64,000 nucleotides of DNA, from the NCBI RefSeq assembly GCF_000002075.1, contig NW_004797290.1, positions 1,142,127 to 1,206,126 of the forward strand, read 5' to 3'. This document shows positions 36,501-47,816 of the stretch, piece by piece. This DNA is from Aplysia californica (taxonomy: Eukaryota). Each line of letters starts with the position of its first letter. Within the stretch, counting starts at the first letter, position 1. A program made the translations under genes and the position numbers. A model generated the notes under the pieces. It saw only the letters and a list, made by a program, of their open reading frames with translations. It was not told where the DNA came from and searched no databases.

Positions 36501-39500
36501 CATGGGCTACTCTGCTGTGTTGTCCTCAAGCTGGTACCTCAGTTACATTGAGTACGGCAGTGACTGGACCAGGAGATACCTAGAAGAGCCTTACAATTTT
36601 ACTGGTTTGTGTGTCCTCCATTTTGTGGTGGTCCTCCGGGCAGGGGGGTCTGGCCTTGTTTTTTGACTAGATTTGCTGCACTATTGACCTTTTCTAGCAC
36701 ATTCCCACGAGACAACTCATGGAGAGGAGAGGAGATTTGTGAGACTGAATTGAAACTAGGTTTTGGTTTTCTTCGGGATTTTTTAAAGAAAAGAGCACTT
36801 TTGTTTTGCCTATAATCAGTTCTGCTGATCATTCCAATATGGAACAAAACAATGGTGAGTCTGAAAAGAATATCTCTCAAGTCTCATGAGTTACTCGCTG
36901 TATCATGTAGATATCTTTGCCGTCATTCAACACTGTAGTATGTCAAAACTGAGAATAAAATGAAAGTATGTTGTAGAGTTTGATTAGGAACATTGATTGG
37001 TCGTGGTTTCATTCCTTTTCTTAAAACAGTGGTTTTAAACGTATTAAACAATTTGTATTAAGCGAATGTCCTGCCTGAAATATAATAGATTTTTGCTTCT
37101 CCTGAAAACCTCGTACTTTTGACATACGACAATGATGAATGACAGAAGTGAGATGATTTGTCTCCCTGGGGCTTCTCCCCCCCCCACTCCCCTCAGTCAG
37201 GTCTGGTCCTCCAGCCAGAATGACATGTGACTTTTGTGTTATCAAAGAAGTGCGCCACTGAAACAATTGCACACATTCTTATAAAAACTCTTCTCTGTCT
37301 TGGGACAACTTTTGCAGATAATCATGGGAAACACCAAATTGTATGAAAACCTTGTTCATATTACTTCACATAATGTTCTGTGCATATAATTTCAGTATGA
37401 ATATTAAGTTGGAAATTCCATCCCCATATTATTTTCCTTTGTAAATTTGTCTTTCTTTCACTAAGAAATTATATGTGTCATGACGTGGTGGAATCAGGCG
37501 CTCGTCAATTTTTGGGCATATGGGGTTATCATTATCATCTTAATGCCTGTTCATTTGCCTTGCTTTTAGTGGAAAAAAAAATCCATTTATGTTGAATAGA
37601 AGTCGTAATATTTGTGATTAAAGGAGGTCAGGGTTGCCTGGTTTCAGAGGCAAAATTAGTGAAAAATGGTCGCCAAAGTTTGGTAATTTCCATAGTTTAA
37701 GAGTCCTTGAAAACTGAAAATTTACATTTTTGTGCCTTTAACCTATGTTTTTCAGTAAAATCCATACGCAAATGTGTTTTTAAATGGATCTCTAACGGCG
37801 TTGATTCAAAAAACAAAATTTGATAAGAATTGCCAAACGAACAGAAAAATGTCAGTTTCTTCGATTTCATTATCTTGACGAGCGCCTGATTTCTCCAAGT
37901 TTCCTCACATTTTATCTTAAATGTTGTGTTTGCAACTCCCAAGCATGGTGTTTTCTTTGATACTGCAAAGAAGAATGTCCAAGATAATTAAAAACTCTTT
38001 CTTTTCTACTTGCCCTTTTCTGATGGCTGTGTAATTTGATGTTACCCATGTATGCGTTGCCCATTTTTCAAGGTGCGGGAGGACACCGTTGTCCATGTGT
38101 GGAAGGGCGGATGGCAGGCGGAGATGGCAAGGGTCACGGGACTCGGCTACCACACTCTTTTGTCTTCCTGTTGGTATCTGAATCTCATTAGCTACGGCAG
38201 TGATTGGGTCAACTACTACAAGTGCGACCCTTACGCTTTCAACGGTAAATGTACACGGCATGCTGTGGCATGTGCTGAGTGTGAGGGGTTACAGTACAGG
38301 CATGGCAGTGGTTCCCACACCCATAGTTTATGCTGTCACTTTTAATAATGAGAGTTAAAAGGAGGATGTCAGGCATGTAATGCTTTCTGTAAATTTGTTG
38401 TGATTCAGTTCATTTTATCTTGACGAGTTTTTTTTCTTCTTTATGTTTTATTTTTTCATACTAAAAGTTGGAAAACATCTTTTCTTGAACTCTGGAGGAT
38501 ATTTTCATGTAAACAGTTTTAACATCGTGAATTTTGTAAGTAAGCATCAGCTCTTGAAAATTGCTTGGTTCAGGTGTTTAAAAGAACAAAAGATGTTTTT
38601 CAGATTAAACCAAGTGAAGAATTGTTCAAATATGACAGTTTTGAGTGTTGGGGAATCTAAAAGTAAAAGTTCAGTCAGTCGTGTCACTGCTAAAAAAAAG
38701 TCTGAAAAGCACTTGTATGGAAGATGGGTAACGTAGCATGTAGTAGGACTGTGCCTTGGTGGATACAAATGGCGAGAACTTGGACGTTTGATGTAGAAGA
38801 ATGAATACTACTTAATAACTCTCTGTAGTTTAGTCAACATTAATGCTACTTCATGCAGAAAGTACCAAATGGGTACATTTATTCAGAGCACTACTATTTG
38901 ATACAACCTTGGACTTGGAGAAGGTGTCAACATCACGTAGCGGCTGATTGGCAGGTGCTCTGGTGTGGATTTCTACTTCTTGCCTATGAAACATCTAATC
39001 CTCCTGATATCTCCTCCTTCTTTTTACATGTTTGTTACCCTCTTGTAGCATCTCTGATCTTCTCTTATATGACCTTATTGTGTTGCAAGTGCCGTTAAAA
39101 TCTTATTAGAACTAAAAAGAATCACTTAAGTTGACCCACCCACCACCACTCGCATCACTGTAGCACGTACTCCGGGATCAGATGATCTTTGTGCAACACA
39201 AAAGTGGTGACCAATGAAAATTTGATTATCATTAGCCCTGGGATAATATAATAATATATATACTTGTGTAAGAATCAGTATATAAGAGAAAATTGTTGAG
39301 GAGAATGTGCAGAGATAATTGAAAATTCATAGGATGAAACGTCTTTTTTTTTTTTTTTTACTTTAATCTAATAACGTAACACATCTCCTAGACTTCCTCC
39401 CTCAAAAAAAAAAAAATTTACAAAATTACAAAAAAAACCCAAACCATTTGATGCTTAGCTGTGATGTCATGTATTAATAGTTCTTCTTACATGAGGACTC

Positions 39501-42500
39501 CCAAGTGATTGAAGTTATTGATTAAGGCACAGCCCTAGCCTATAACCATTTCTTCCTTGTTTAGTTACTCTTCTCTTGTACTGTAGATGATACGCCTACT
39601 TTTAACTGAACTAACAATCTGCTTGCTAAAACAGGTGTAATGATATTTTTTTTACTGATACTAAAAGCATGCTTACTGTCTGTGATCTTGCATAACACAA
39701 AAGTAATCTGACAGGTTTGCTTTATGGCAATTAAGCGGTCGTTATAATATTAAATTTGTCGAGGAAATCTTTCATAGCATGCATGTAGGTTACTAGTGTT
39801 CAAAACTTTTTCAATGTCATAATGTTAATAAGAATTTTACTTTTTCCCATTTCAATACCCATGAATCATCCTTTTCCTGTTCCGTGATCACCATATCTCA
39901 TGGATAAGGCTTGGACAACAATTCCCCCAAATGCACTACCATCTCCTTTTCATTTCATGAGGTGTTATTGTCATTGTTAAATGGACACTCCCGGAACATA
40001 TCTTTTCATACATGTTTAATTATACATTGGTACAACCAAGTGGTAGAAATCGTTAACTTTATTTCTTACTTTAAGTCTTCCAAAGTAAATGAACAAGTAC
40101 ATAGACTTATTTGTTGTGACCAATGAAGATTCTTATTAATGAAAGATTCTTTATTTTCTGAATACAATTTTATTTTTAAAATAAAATTGTCTCTGCCTAA
40201 GGTCCCATCACTTACATTTCTGTCCTGCTGTTTTAAAAAAGCAGAATTTTTACTGCACAACGGTCGTCATCTCTAAGACACCGCTTGGAAGGACTAAATT
40301 CGTCTAAGACCCCACATTTTAGATTTTAATTTTCTGAACGAACACCCATGCCCAAGCTAAACAACCAAACCACATTGTACTACCTGCCTTTGCGTAATGT
40401 TATCATCAGTTGACAGTGAACCTGCCAATCGTTTTTCCAATTTTAACTGGTGCAGTCACAACATTGTGATGCATTATGACATGAGCAAGTGGGGAACTCG
40501 ATCAGAGATGGAAAGCTATAAATTTAGGAAATGTTAAACGGTAGCGCAATGGTATTGTATCAGCCTAGAGCTTGAGACATATTTGTCATAGCCTCACAAC
40601 TGTGTTTTCTCTTGGAGGTGTTAATAGAGACGTTAAGCCCACACACTTACTTACGTTTACTTGCAGGAACGGCAGCACAGAAAGCTCTCATTAAGGGAGG
40701 GGAAGCAGCCATGTGGGGAGAATATGTAGACAACACTAATGTCATCTCAAGGACATGGTAAGTACTACGCTCACATCTGTGGTTGACTAAAGTTCATAAA
40801 TATTTTTGTATGATATTATTCTTATTCAGTGTATGTCTACATGTTCTTTAGAATGTGCCAGGGGATTTTTTTTCTCTTTAAAGTTTTGTTGTTGTTGTTT
40901 TTTAGGGGGGGGGGGATTTATTTATTATTTATTTATTTTATTTTTATTTTTTGGGGTGGGTAAGTTTTCTAAACTTGATATGTTTATATATTTTCAAATT
41001 TCAAGTAATTAAAGTGGTGTCTTCACTCTTATGATGAAAAAAAAGATTTCTTAACTTGGAAAAGGAAATCATTGCTCATAACTTTGTCATTATAAAAGCT
41101 AATTTGTTTCAATTTCATTGCAATACACCCCCTGTTATCCTTTCCAACTGTTAAAATAACCCAAATTTCTACCCGATGAAATGGCAACAAAAAAACCCCA
41201 AATAACCTATCCAAAATACTGGCCTATCAAATAATTTGACACATCTTCTTAAGAGACACAGGCTCTTGTTCACGAAATGAAGTTCTAGACACCATACTGT
41301 TTTCTAAGCCTTCCAGCAAATTGAGGTACAAAGACAACTACAAAAACAGCTTATGTAAGCTTGGAGTAGATGTTAACATCTGAGAAGAAATAGCTGAGGA
41401 CCGGAAAACATGGAAGAAAATTATAAAGGAAAGAACTTAAATGCTAGAGAACTGCCTTAGAAACAACCAGGCTGAGAAGCGCCAACGACGAAAGGAAAAC
41501 AGCGGAAATACAGAGCTTCGATCTACGACACCAGCATGCAAGCACTGCGACAGAATCTGCGCTTCAAACATAGGAAGAATTAGCCATGAAAGAAGCTGCA
41601 TGAAGACAACCTTGAGACCATCTTAAGCTAAATTGACAGTCTGCTTAGACGAAATTAGCCATATACTGTTTTCTAAGCCTTCCAGCAATAACATTTTCTG
41701 GCTTATTGTGATATTTCTCAACAAAGACAAAGATGTCCACAAAACACTGAAGACTTGTTTTAATATGTTTTAACTCAAATAATTTGAGAAGTTTTAAACT
41801 AAATTTACTTGCTTGACATCAAGTTTAGAGTGTTATGTTCAGTCATGGGCATGTGTTTCAATTTCATCACTGATGTTTCGCAAGTTCGTCATAGACATAG
41901 ACTTTGTGTATACTATTATAATCTTATCATAAATTGATTACCCTTTACAGCCAAAATAATGGTAAAAACCGAAGGTTGGGGTAAAAAAAATAACAGTTAA
42001 TAGACTTTCACTTTAGTATGTGCACAAAATTATGAGTTACCTTGAAATTTTATTAGCACGGCGCACCGGCAGTGGAATTTTAGTTGCCACGTCGGGGTCA
42101 CGGGGGTCAGCTCCCTGTCGCCGCTCTGTCTGGGCCGACTTAATTTTTGGTACTTTTCAACGTACAATTTAAGGTGCATCCTTGTATTTATGGTAATTCT
42201 CATTTAGTGCAGCCAAAGCACGCATTTCTGCTCTTGAGACTCAAAAAAGAACGGACGTTGTAACTTGTCTGGTTATTTCGTTAGACGCGCTGGAGTCGGC
42301 AATGCTAAATTGTAATTTTTTTGGGACTAGCGTGAATGAAAAAAAATCAATATAAAAAAACCGCATCGTCAAAATCTGTCGAACTTTTGGAATATGAACG
42401 ACATAACATTAGTGAAGATACTCAGAAAAGATGGTATCTGCGCTTATAATAGAAGGCTGTACTTTTGCAATTTTATCCATCAGGCACACAATTCGCTACA

Positions 42501-45192
42501 AAGTAATTCCTCCAAATACAACTTTATGTGTCTAATATAATCTTGAATATTCGCATATTTTCTCGAAAGTTTATAAAAGTTATCATGAAGTTTCTCAATG
42601 AAAAGTACAAATCGATTTTAGTGCTAGAATATATCTTCAACGTAGATCTAATACACGAACAGTATCTGTTACACTCCAGAAATTGCTTACTTTTCTTAAA
42701 ACGCTAAGTCTAGGTTTTGTAAGTTGACTGAATAATAGGGATGACTTCTCGTAATTGGGTTATAAGAATAATTTCTAGCTTTCCAGGGACACTGAATCAG
42801 CACCAGACTTTTCCAGCCTTTTTTACGTTTCTATGACCATTTGCAATAACTGACAATGTGACTGATTTCTTTACATTCATAATTGTGTCCGCGCATATTT
42901 CCTACACAAAAACTAAGAATTAATGTTTTAGCTGTCATTATTTTTATTCCATACTAGAAGTTTATCTCTACCCATGTATTTACACGGTTTTGTGGTTTTT
43001 TAAATCGCTTATATTATATCTTTTTAGTTGTATGCAGGCTGCCACAGACACAGCATGATTCATGAACAAACGCAGAGTAACTTTCTCTTGTTTAATAGTA
43101 AAATAAGAGCTAACGCTGATCATCTTTAGTTAAAATATGCAGATGTGCATCTTTCTTCTCTTATAACTTGACTATTACTACTACCGCAGATTTAAGATTT
43201 CTCATGGTAAAAGACATGATATTCGTAGTCAGTTTAACACAGAATTTGGAGAGATCTGTCGTGCCTTTTTAAAAATATCAATCATTTATTCATAACTTTG
43301 TAACTAAAATAGGACAAATTGGGTACTCTACAAACACTTGTCTAGAACAAAAACTAAGGCACAGAAACTAACCATTCTAACGCAGAATAAATCTCAAGAC
43401 ATTGAGCTTTTAGTACATTCGCGTAATGGTTTGCTGTGTGGGATGGGGAAGAAGTTATATCGTTTTAAACATAGTCAAAAATGCGAACTTCCCGACCGAC
43501 ACCGGCAAAGTCGCCTCAGGGCTCATTAACCCCGTGACCCCGAGCCGGGGAGCTCCGGCGGGCTGCTGAGTCACGCGAACTAAAAGTAACAGAATCGGGC
43601 GAAAAGTGACGCCGTGTTAGACATTTGAGGCATTTTGAAAGGGGGCTGGCTCTGAAGGAGTTACCTACGCAAGTGTTTGGGGCTGGCAGGCATTGGGTTT
43701 GTACGTTTGAGAATCAAGGTCGTCAGCTCAAACTCGGTTTGTGATGGGCTGAATTAACTTGGCCTTTTTTGTTTAGTAACCTCACCCTGATGTTTTCCGT
43801 AGCGAACATATGGCAAATTTAGACCTACATTTTATTAAGATGAAATTGAAACAACTGACAGTGTGCTATTAATTTATAATGTGATTTCTGAAGTACTTTG
43901 TAATTTGCTGTTAAATCACCTTTTTCTGCTATTCTAATCCATAAAGTACAAGTTAAAATCTTGTATACACACGAAACTTATGATCCTGTATTTTACAGAG
44001 GGAGAATGGGAGAGTATGAAGTGAGGTCACTTACTGGATATGATGAAATTGAAGCATGTAACCCTGCTCAATGGGTTTTTTAAAAATCAGATGATAATGA
44101 AAGCAGGGTCTTGGTTAAGAGCAACAGTCTGGTCCTATAATGGAGTGGGACAGTGGCACAGCTATGCTTTCTGAATTCTGTGTTTAATGCCCCTATCAAC
44201 ACTAGAGGCAGGACCTGAGAACTGACAGGAATGAGCCATACGGGTTGAGAGCCTTGAAAACTCAAGAAAATGAGAAGAAAAGTTCAGACTGGGATTCTAT
44301 CCAGGGTCATCGGCTCCTTAGTCCAGCATGATACTAACTGAGCCTCCCTGAATTTTGTTAGAGGGAGAATATTTCTATTACAGTACAGCAAGGTGAAAAA
44401 CATTTTTTTTTTTTTAAATGTCTTCCAGGCCTAGAGCGAGTGCAGTTGCAGAGCGTCTGTGGAGTCGTCAGACAGTCGTGAGTGTGGAGAAAGCCACTCC
44501 CAGATTGGCCGAGCATCGGTGCAGACTCATCAGGTGAGCTTTGGTGTTATTGGAGGTTGAGTGTCTTAAAACTGTGGGTTGGACCCGGTTTTAAAGGAAT
44601 CATTTAGAGGGTTCCCACTCAATCCGAAAAACAGGAAAAGGCTAAGAATTTTATTTTCAGATTTCCTGGTCGGGAAAACACCATAAAAATAGACGGGAGA
44701 AAGCCGGGAAATCAAAGGGCTGTCATCATTATGAATTGTTAAGGTTTTTAAAGATTTTTACAACATGAAAATACCATCGTAAACCTTCCCCCCCTTGATT
44801 TCAATTTTTTAAAATGTATTTGTCGTTCGTTTGATAGCAATGCAGGGTATAAGTTTTATTTTTGTTACAAGCATTGGACCAAAAATATACGAATTTTGTG
44901 ATTGTGAAAGTGGTGATAGATCATAAATAATTTGGCACTGCGAATGGAGAAATGCACTGAAAATTAACGTATGAATGGTCATAAGCATAGAAAAGAGAAC
45001 AGTTTACCATTGCCTTGATGATTTTGCAGGTTTTTTTTACATGCAGAGCAGACATGTGCTGTTTTGTTATCGTTGTAAACGAATAATTTCTGATTATTAA
45101 GAGATCTTTTGTCTTCTTTCTTCAGGCGTGGCTTCCCTGCTGAGGAAATCAATGGACCCGGATTTTGCGAAGAAGAGTACAATAGGTTTTAA
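24267..45192 (+). CDS. HEXB: Beta-hexosaminidase (GH20, HEXA/HEXB pro-ortholog) Hex-2, complete, 548 aa, 13 exons per mRNA with alternative exon 10a/10b
   Basis: Exons 24267-24556, 28361-28482, 30511-30623, 32186-32296, 32564-32665, 33229-33337, 34084-34288, 35261-35347, 35871-35943, [36433-36604 or 38073-38244], 40667-40757, 44429-44533 and 45126-45192 give a 1647-nt open frame. It encodes a signal peptide, [34 protein letters not shown], catalytic HLGGDE and MWGEYVD. Confidence 0.97.
24650..27070. mobile_element. Putative non-autonomous DNA transposon in Hex-2 intron 1
   Basis: Motif GGCTATTCTCACCCGG(TGTGCGTTCACC) recurs near 24655, 24699, 26249 and 26606, and inverted near 26973-27060; TSD not resolved. 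Confidence 0.5.
28361..28482 (+). CDS. HEXB: Hex-2 exon 2
   Basis: ccacag|...T|gtgagc; ...[22 protein letters not shown]. Confidence 0.88.
29745..29916. mobile_element. Tc1/mariner (pogo-like) MITE
   Basis: TA CAGTCAAA...TGATTG TA with GGCCACC / GGTGGCC. Confidence 0.65.
30511..30623 (+). CDS. HEXB: Hex-2 exon 3 (human exons 3+4 fused)
   Basis: [32 protein letters not shown]..., 113 nt. Confidence 0.95.
31124..31935. mobile_element. Tc1/mariner (pogo-like) MITE
   Basis: TA CAGTCAAACCTGC...GCAGGTTTGACTG TA. Confidence 0.88.
32186..32296 (+). CDS. HEXB: Hex-2 exon 4
   Basis: [37 protein letters not shown], 111 nt. Confidence 0.96.
32564..32665 (+). CDS. HEXB: Hex-2 exon 5
   Basis: [34 protein letters not shown], 102 nt. 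Confidence 0.96.
33229..33337 (+). CDS. HEXB: Hex-2 exon 6
   Basis: [36 protein letters not shown], 109 nt. Confidence 0.96.
34084..34288 (+). CDS. HEXB: Hex-2 exon 7 (catalytic Asp-Glu)
   Basis: GHTQSWGKG...GTFGPVNP...[14 protein letters not shown], 205 nt. Confidence 0.97.
34611..35238. mobile_element. MITE (ATATGTG family)
   Basis: GGTGAAATCAGGCGTCCGTTAA ... TTGACGAGCGCCTGATTCCACC. Confidence 0.7.
35261..35347 (+). CDS. HEXB: Hex-2 exon 8
   Basis: [28 protein letters not shown], 87 nt. Confidence 0.95.
35871..35943 (+). CDS. HEXB: Hex-2 exon 9
   Basis: [24 protein letters not shown], 73 nt. Confidence 0.95.
36433..36604 (+). CDS. HEXB: Hex-2 alternative exon 10a (mutually exclusive)
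   Basis: gctaaccttcag|...ACTG|gtttgt; [57 protein letters not shown], 172 nt, no stops or indels. Confidence 0.88.
37471..37912. mobile_element. MITE (ATATGTG family) between exons 10a and 10b
   Basis: ATATGTG...GGTGGAATCAGGCGCTCGTCAA / TTGACGAGCGCCTGATTTCTCC...CACAT. Confidence 0.8.
38073..38244 (+). CDS. HEXB: Hex-2 alternative exon 10b (mutually exclusive)
   Basis: ccatttttcaag|...AACG|gtaaat; [57 protein letters not shown], 172 nt. Confidence 0.92.
38945..39118 (+). mobile_element. ~170-bp retroposon 3' tail family
   Basis: GGCAGGTGCTCTGGTGTGG...GCAAGTGCCGT(T)AAA...CTAAAA; other copies at ~49010-49185(-), 56345-56525(-), 58090-58262(+), 63420-63605(+), partial 60505-60570(-). Confidence 0.85.
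40667..40757 (+). CDS. HEXB: Hex-2 exon 11
   Basis: [31 protein letters not shown], 91 nt. Confidence 0.96.
41320..41662 (+). mobile_element. 5'-truncated RTE-clade LINE with 26-bp TSD
   Basis: TSD ATACTGTTTTCTAAGCCTTCCAGCAA at 41294-41319 and 41663-41688; encodes LRYKD...AEDRKTWK...[21 protein letters not shown] with stops. Confidence 0.92.
42054..43619. mobile_element. Non-autonomous DNA transposon with imperfect TIRs
   Basis: TAGCACGGCG...TTTTAGTT...CGGGGTCACGGGG versus CCCCGTGACCCCG...AACTAAAA...CGCCGTGTTA; TSD not seen. Confidence 0.65.
44429..44533 (+). CDS. HEXB: Hex-2 exon 12
   Basis: [34 protein letters not shown], 105 nt. Confidence 0.96.
45126..45192 (+). CDS. HEXB: Hex-2 terminal coding exon
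   Basis: [21 protein letters not shown]. Confidence 0.94.
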
Positions 45193-47816
45193 GTATATAT
45201 CACACTTGAGGTTGCATATTGTGCTGTTGGTAAAGAATAAGGCTAATTTGGATTACCCATATTGTGTCACATGATATATCTTTGCCTGTGCCAATTTCAT
45301 GAATGCACTGCCACTTGTGTCTCTATTCTTTGAATTTCTAATTCTATGGAAGGTTTTAATACAGAGCTAGATCGTATGCAGCTGTTTTTCCCCACACCTT
45401 TTCCTTGCAGATAGAGGTCATTTTTGTATGAGCTTTTGTATTTGCCTACCTTTTTATTTAATATATTTTTTTAGTACATTTCATAACCATCATCAGTTTG
45501 GAGACTGAAAGTGAAGCCAAAGTACTGCCAACAATTTTTTAAAGTGATACTAGCATTGTGAAATGATATGTGTGTTAATGTTTGAAATTTCTGAATGTGT
45601 TAACACTCAAGTAGAGCCTTTGATAAATCACGGTGAATGTACTTCAAATTTGTACCCCCGGTTATTGCAGTGCAGGGTAATGCTACAAGGATGGGCCCAT
45701 GTACATTATGTGTATTGACATTTATCAGTATCTTCTTATTGTAACTACAACCCCCTGTTAGGGAAACGGACTCAATTTACAAGTTACATGTATTAAACAA
45801 TTTTCTGAATACCTTGTGCATAGATGGCAAGAGGGTGGAATATATTATTGCAATATTCCAGACGACATTGTATGGTTTGGATTGTGTCTAAATTTATTTC
45901 CCCCCACCCTCATTAGTTCTGAACATCCATGTTTTTTGCGACATTGCTTAGGATTATTACCAAAACAGCTTCAGTATTTCAGGCTGTAGACTTGAACATT
46001 AAATATACAGTCTTGAGGGATTTTCAGTGAGTTTCAAAATAATTTTGAAAAGTGAACAAAAAATGTGACAAGTTGGTTTGTGGAAAAAGATAAATGTTCA
46101 TTGTTATTATAATGAGAGAACCAAGGTTCTAACCAAAGTACAGTTGAGCACAGCAAACACAAACACTTACATCTTGAAATCACGAATAGCTCGTACAATG
46201 TGCCATTCCATGACTGTACAGCTATATTTTCTTTGTTTGTTTGGGTAAAACACCGTGATGCACTCACTGCCGATATCGAGATGCATTGTCACATATATTA
46301 CCTGTCGTTTGCGTCATGCCCAACTGTGTCTTCGTCTTATCAGTTTAAAAAACAATAATTTTTGGGGGGTTGTCTTATTAAGCTGTTTTCCTTTGTGTGG
46401 TGTGTCGCTTTTAAATTTTCAAAAATCACGTCCTTTACAAATTGCTGCTTTATTTTAAAGTGTGCCTGCTTAACTGTTAAAGAACCTATTATTATATAAT
46501 ACCTTATAGGCCTACTATTCTGATGAGATCGTGGAATTCGTGGCTTGTTAAAATGTCTGACACTATCTCGGTTATGCATTTGATATGCGCACTGAGTGCA
46601 ATGATTGACCATGTTTCAGTTTCATGAACTAATAAAATAAAATAAGAGGAAATTGAAAATAGTAAAACTGAAATATTTAGTTTGGTTGATCTTCGAATCC
46701 TTTTAGTTTCTTCATTTGTTCCTCTTGCAAAGACACATTAATGGGTGAGGTTTTGGTGACCCTTGTGTCTTGTTGTTAAAATTTTAGATTTAATTACACT
46801 GATCCGCAGCAACTATTTATTTTGATTTTGTTCTTTTTATAATGATGTGCCTTTTGTACGTAACATATCAGTTCACCTTTTTATTTTGTCGTTATTTCTT
46901 GAATAGAGAGAAGACATTTCGAAATATTGGTCTCATTGGACTATATTTTATGTTGAGTGTATTAAAAGTTTTTATTTTAAATCACAGTATTCTGAAATTA
47001 CAAGAAGAATTCGAATTTTAGCAGCAGTAGGATCAGGGGGATAGAACAATAAGTCCATATTATTGGACTATGCTATGAACAAAGATGAAGGATTTGTACA
47101 TACATACATAATTAATTATTTTTTAATACATCAACCAAATATTCAAGATCTATTTAACTGTGTTCCAGAAGTTTGTTTATGTTCTTGGATTTTAACTCGA
47201 GTGTCTGCTTTGTTGTACACCAAGCTTTGTGATGACTTTTTAGACTTGTAGAACGATAATTTTTTTTCCGTTAATTGTCCAGTTCAAGATCTGACACTAT
47301 TAATATTAACCAACAATATTGTTTTATTATTGTGCTGAAAGGTCTGAGACTTTAAAAAAAATATTCATTGCTCAAAATGGAGAATAAGATTTGGACTGTA
47401 AAAATTGAGAGGATTTTGAAAGAGAATGTGTTAAAAAAACCCCACCAAAAACAGAGTATGTGGCTTGATTGATAACACTGAGACAAGATAGAAAATGGTG
47501 CCATTTAGTTTTAACTTCTCTTATTTTTAAGAAGAAAAATACCAGACATTGTGTGAATAAATGCAGTATGGCAGATGTTCCAGAGTTCTGGGAGTGAAGG
47601 TATCATGGGACGATCGCTTACGTCAATCACTTGTGTGCTGATTTACTTGTATTCTTTGATTTTTTTATGTAACATTCCACAATAAAAGGTTAAAAAGAAA
47701 TTGTGAAGACTATCTTTATTGTTCAGAGTTTTGAAAATAATTTCAAGGAAACAGGATAAAGAAACTGTTTGGATATAACGCCCCTTACAACACTGTACTG
47801 TAATGGGTTTTTTTTA

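Noticed and set aside
36433-38244. Exons 10a/10b as an assembly or haplotype duplication artefact
   Set aside because: Only 54% aa identity, unrelated flanking introns and no gap nearby; alleles would be near-identical.
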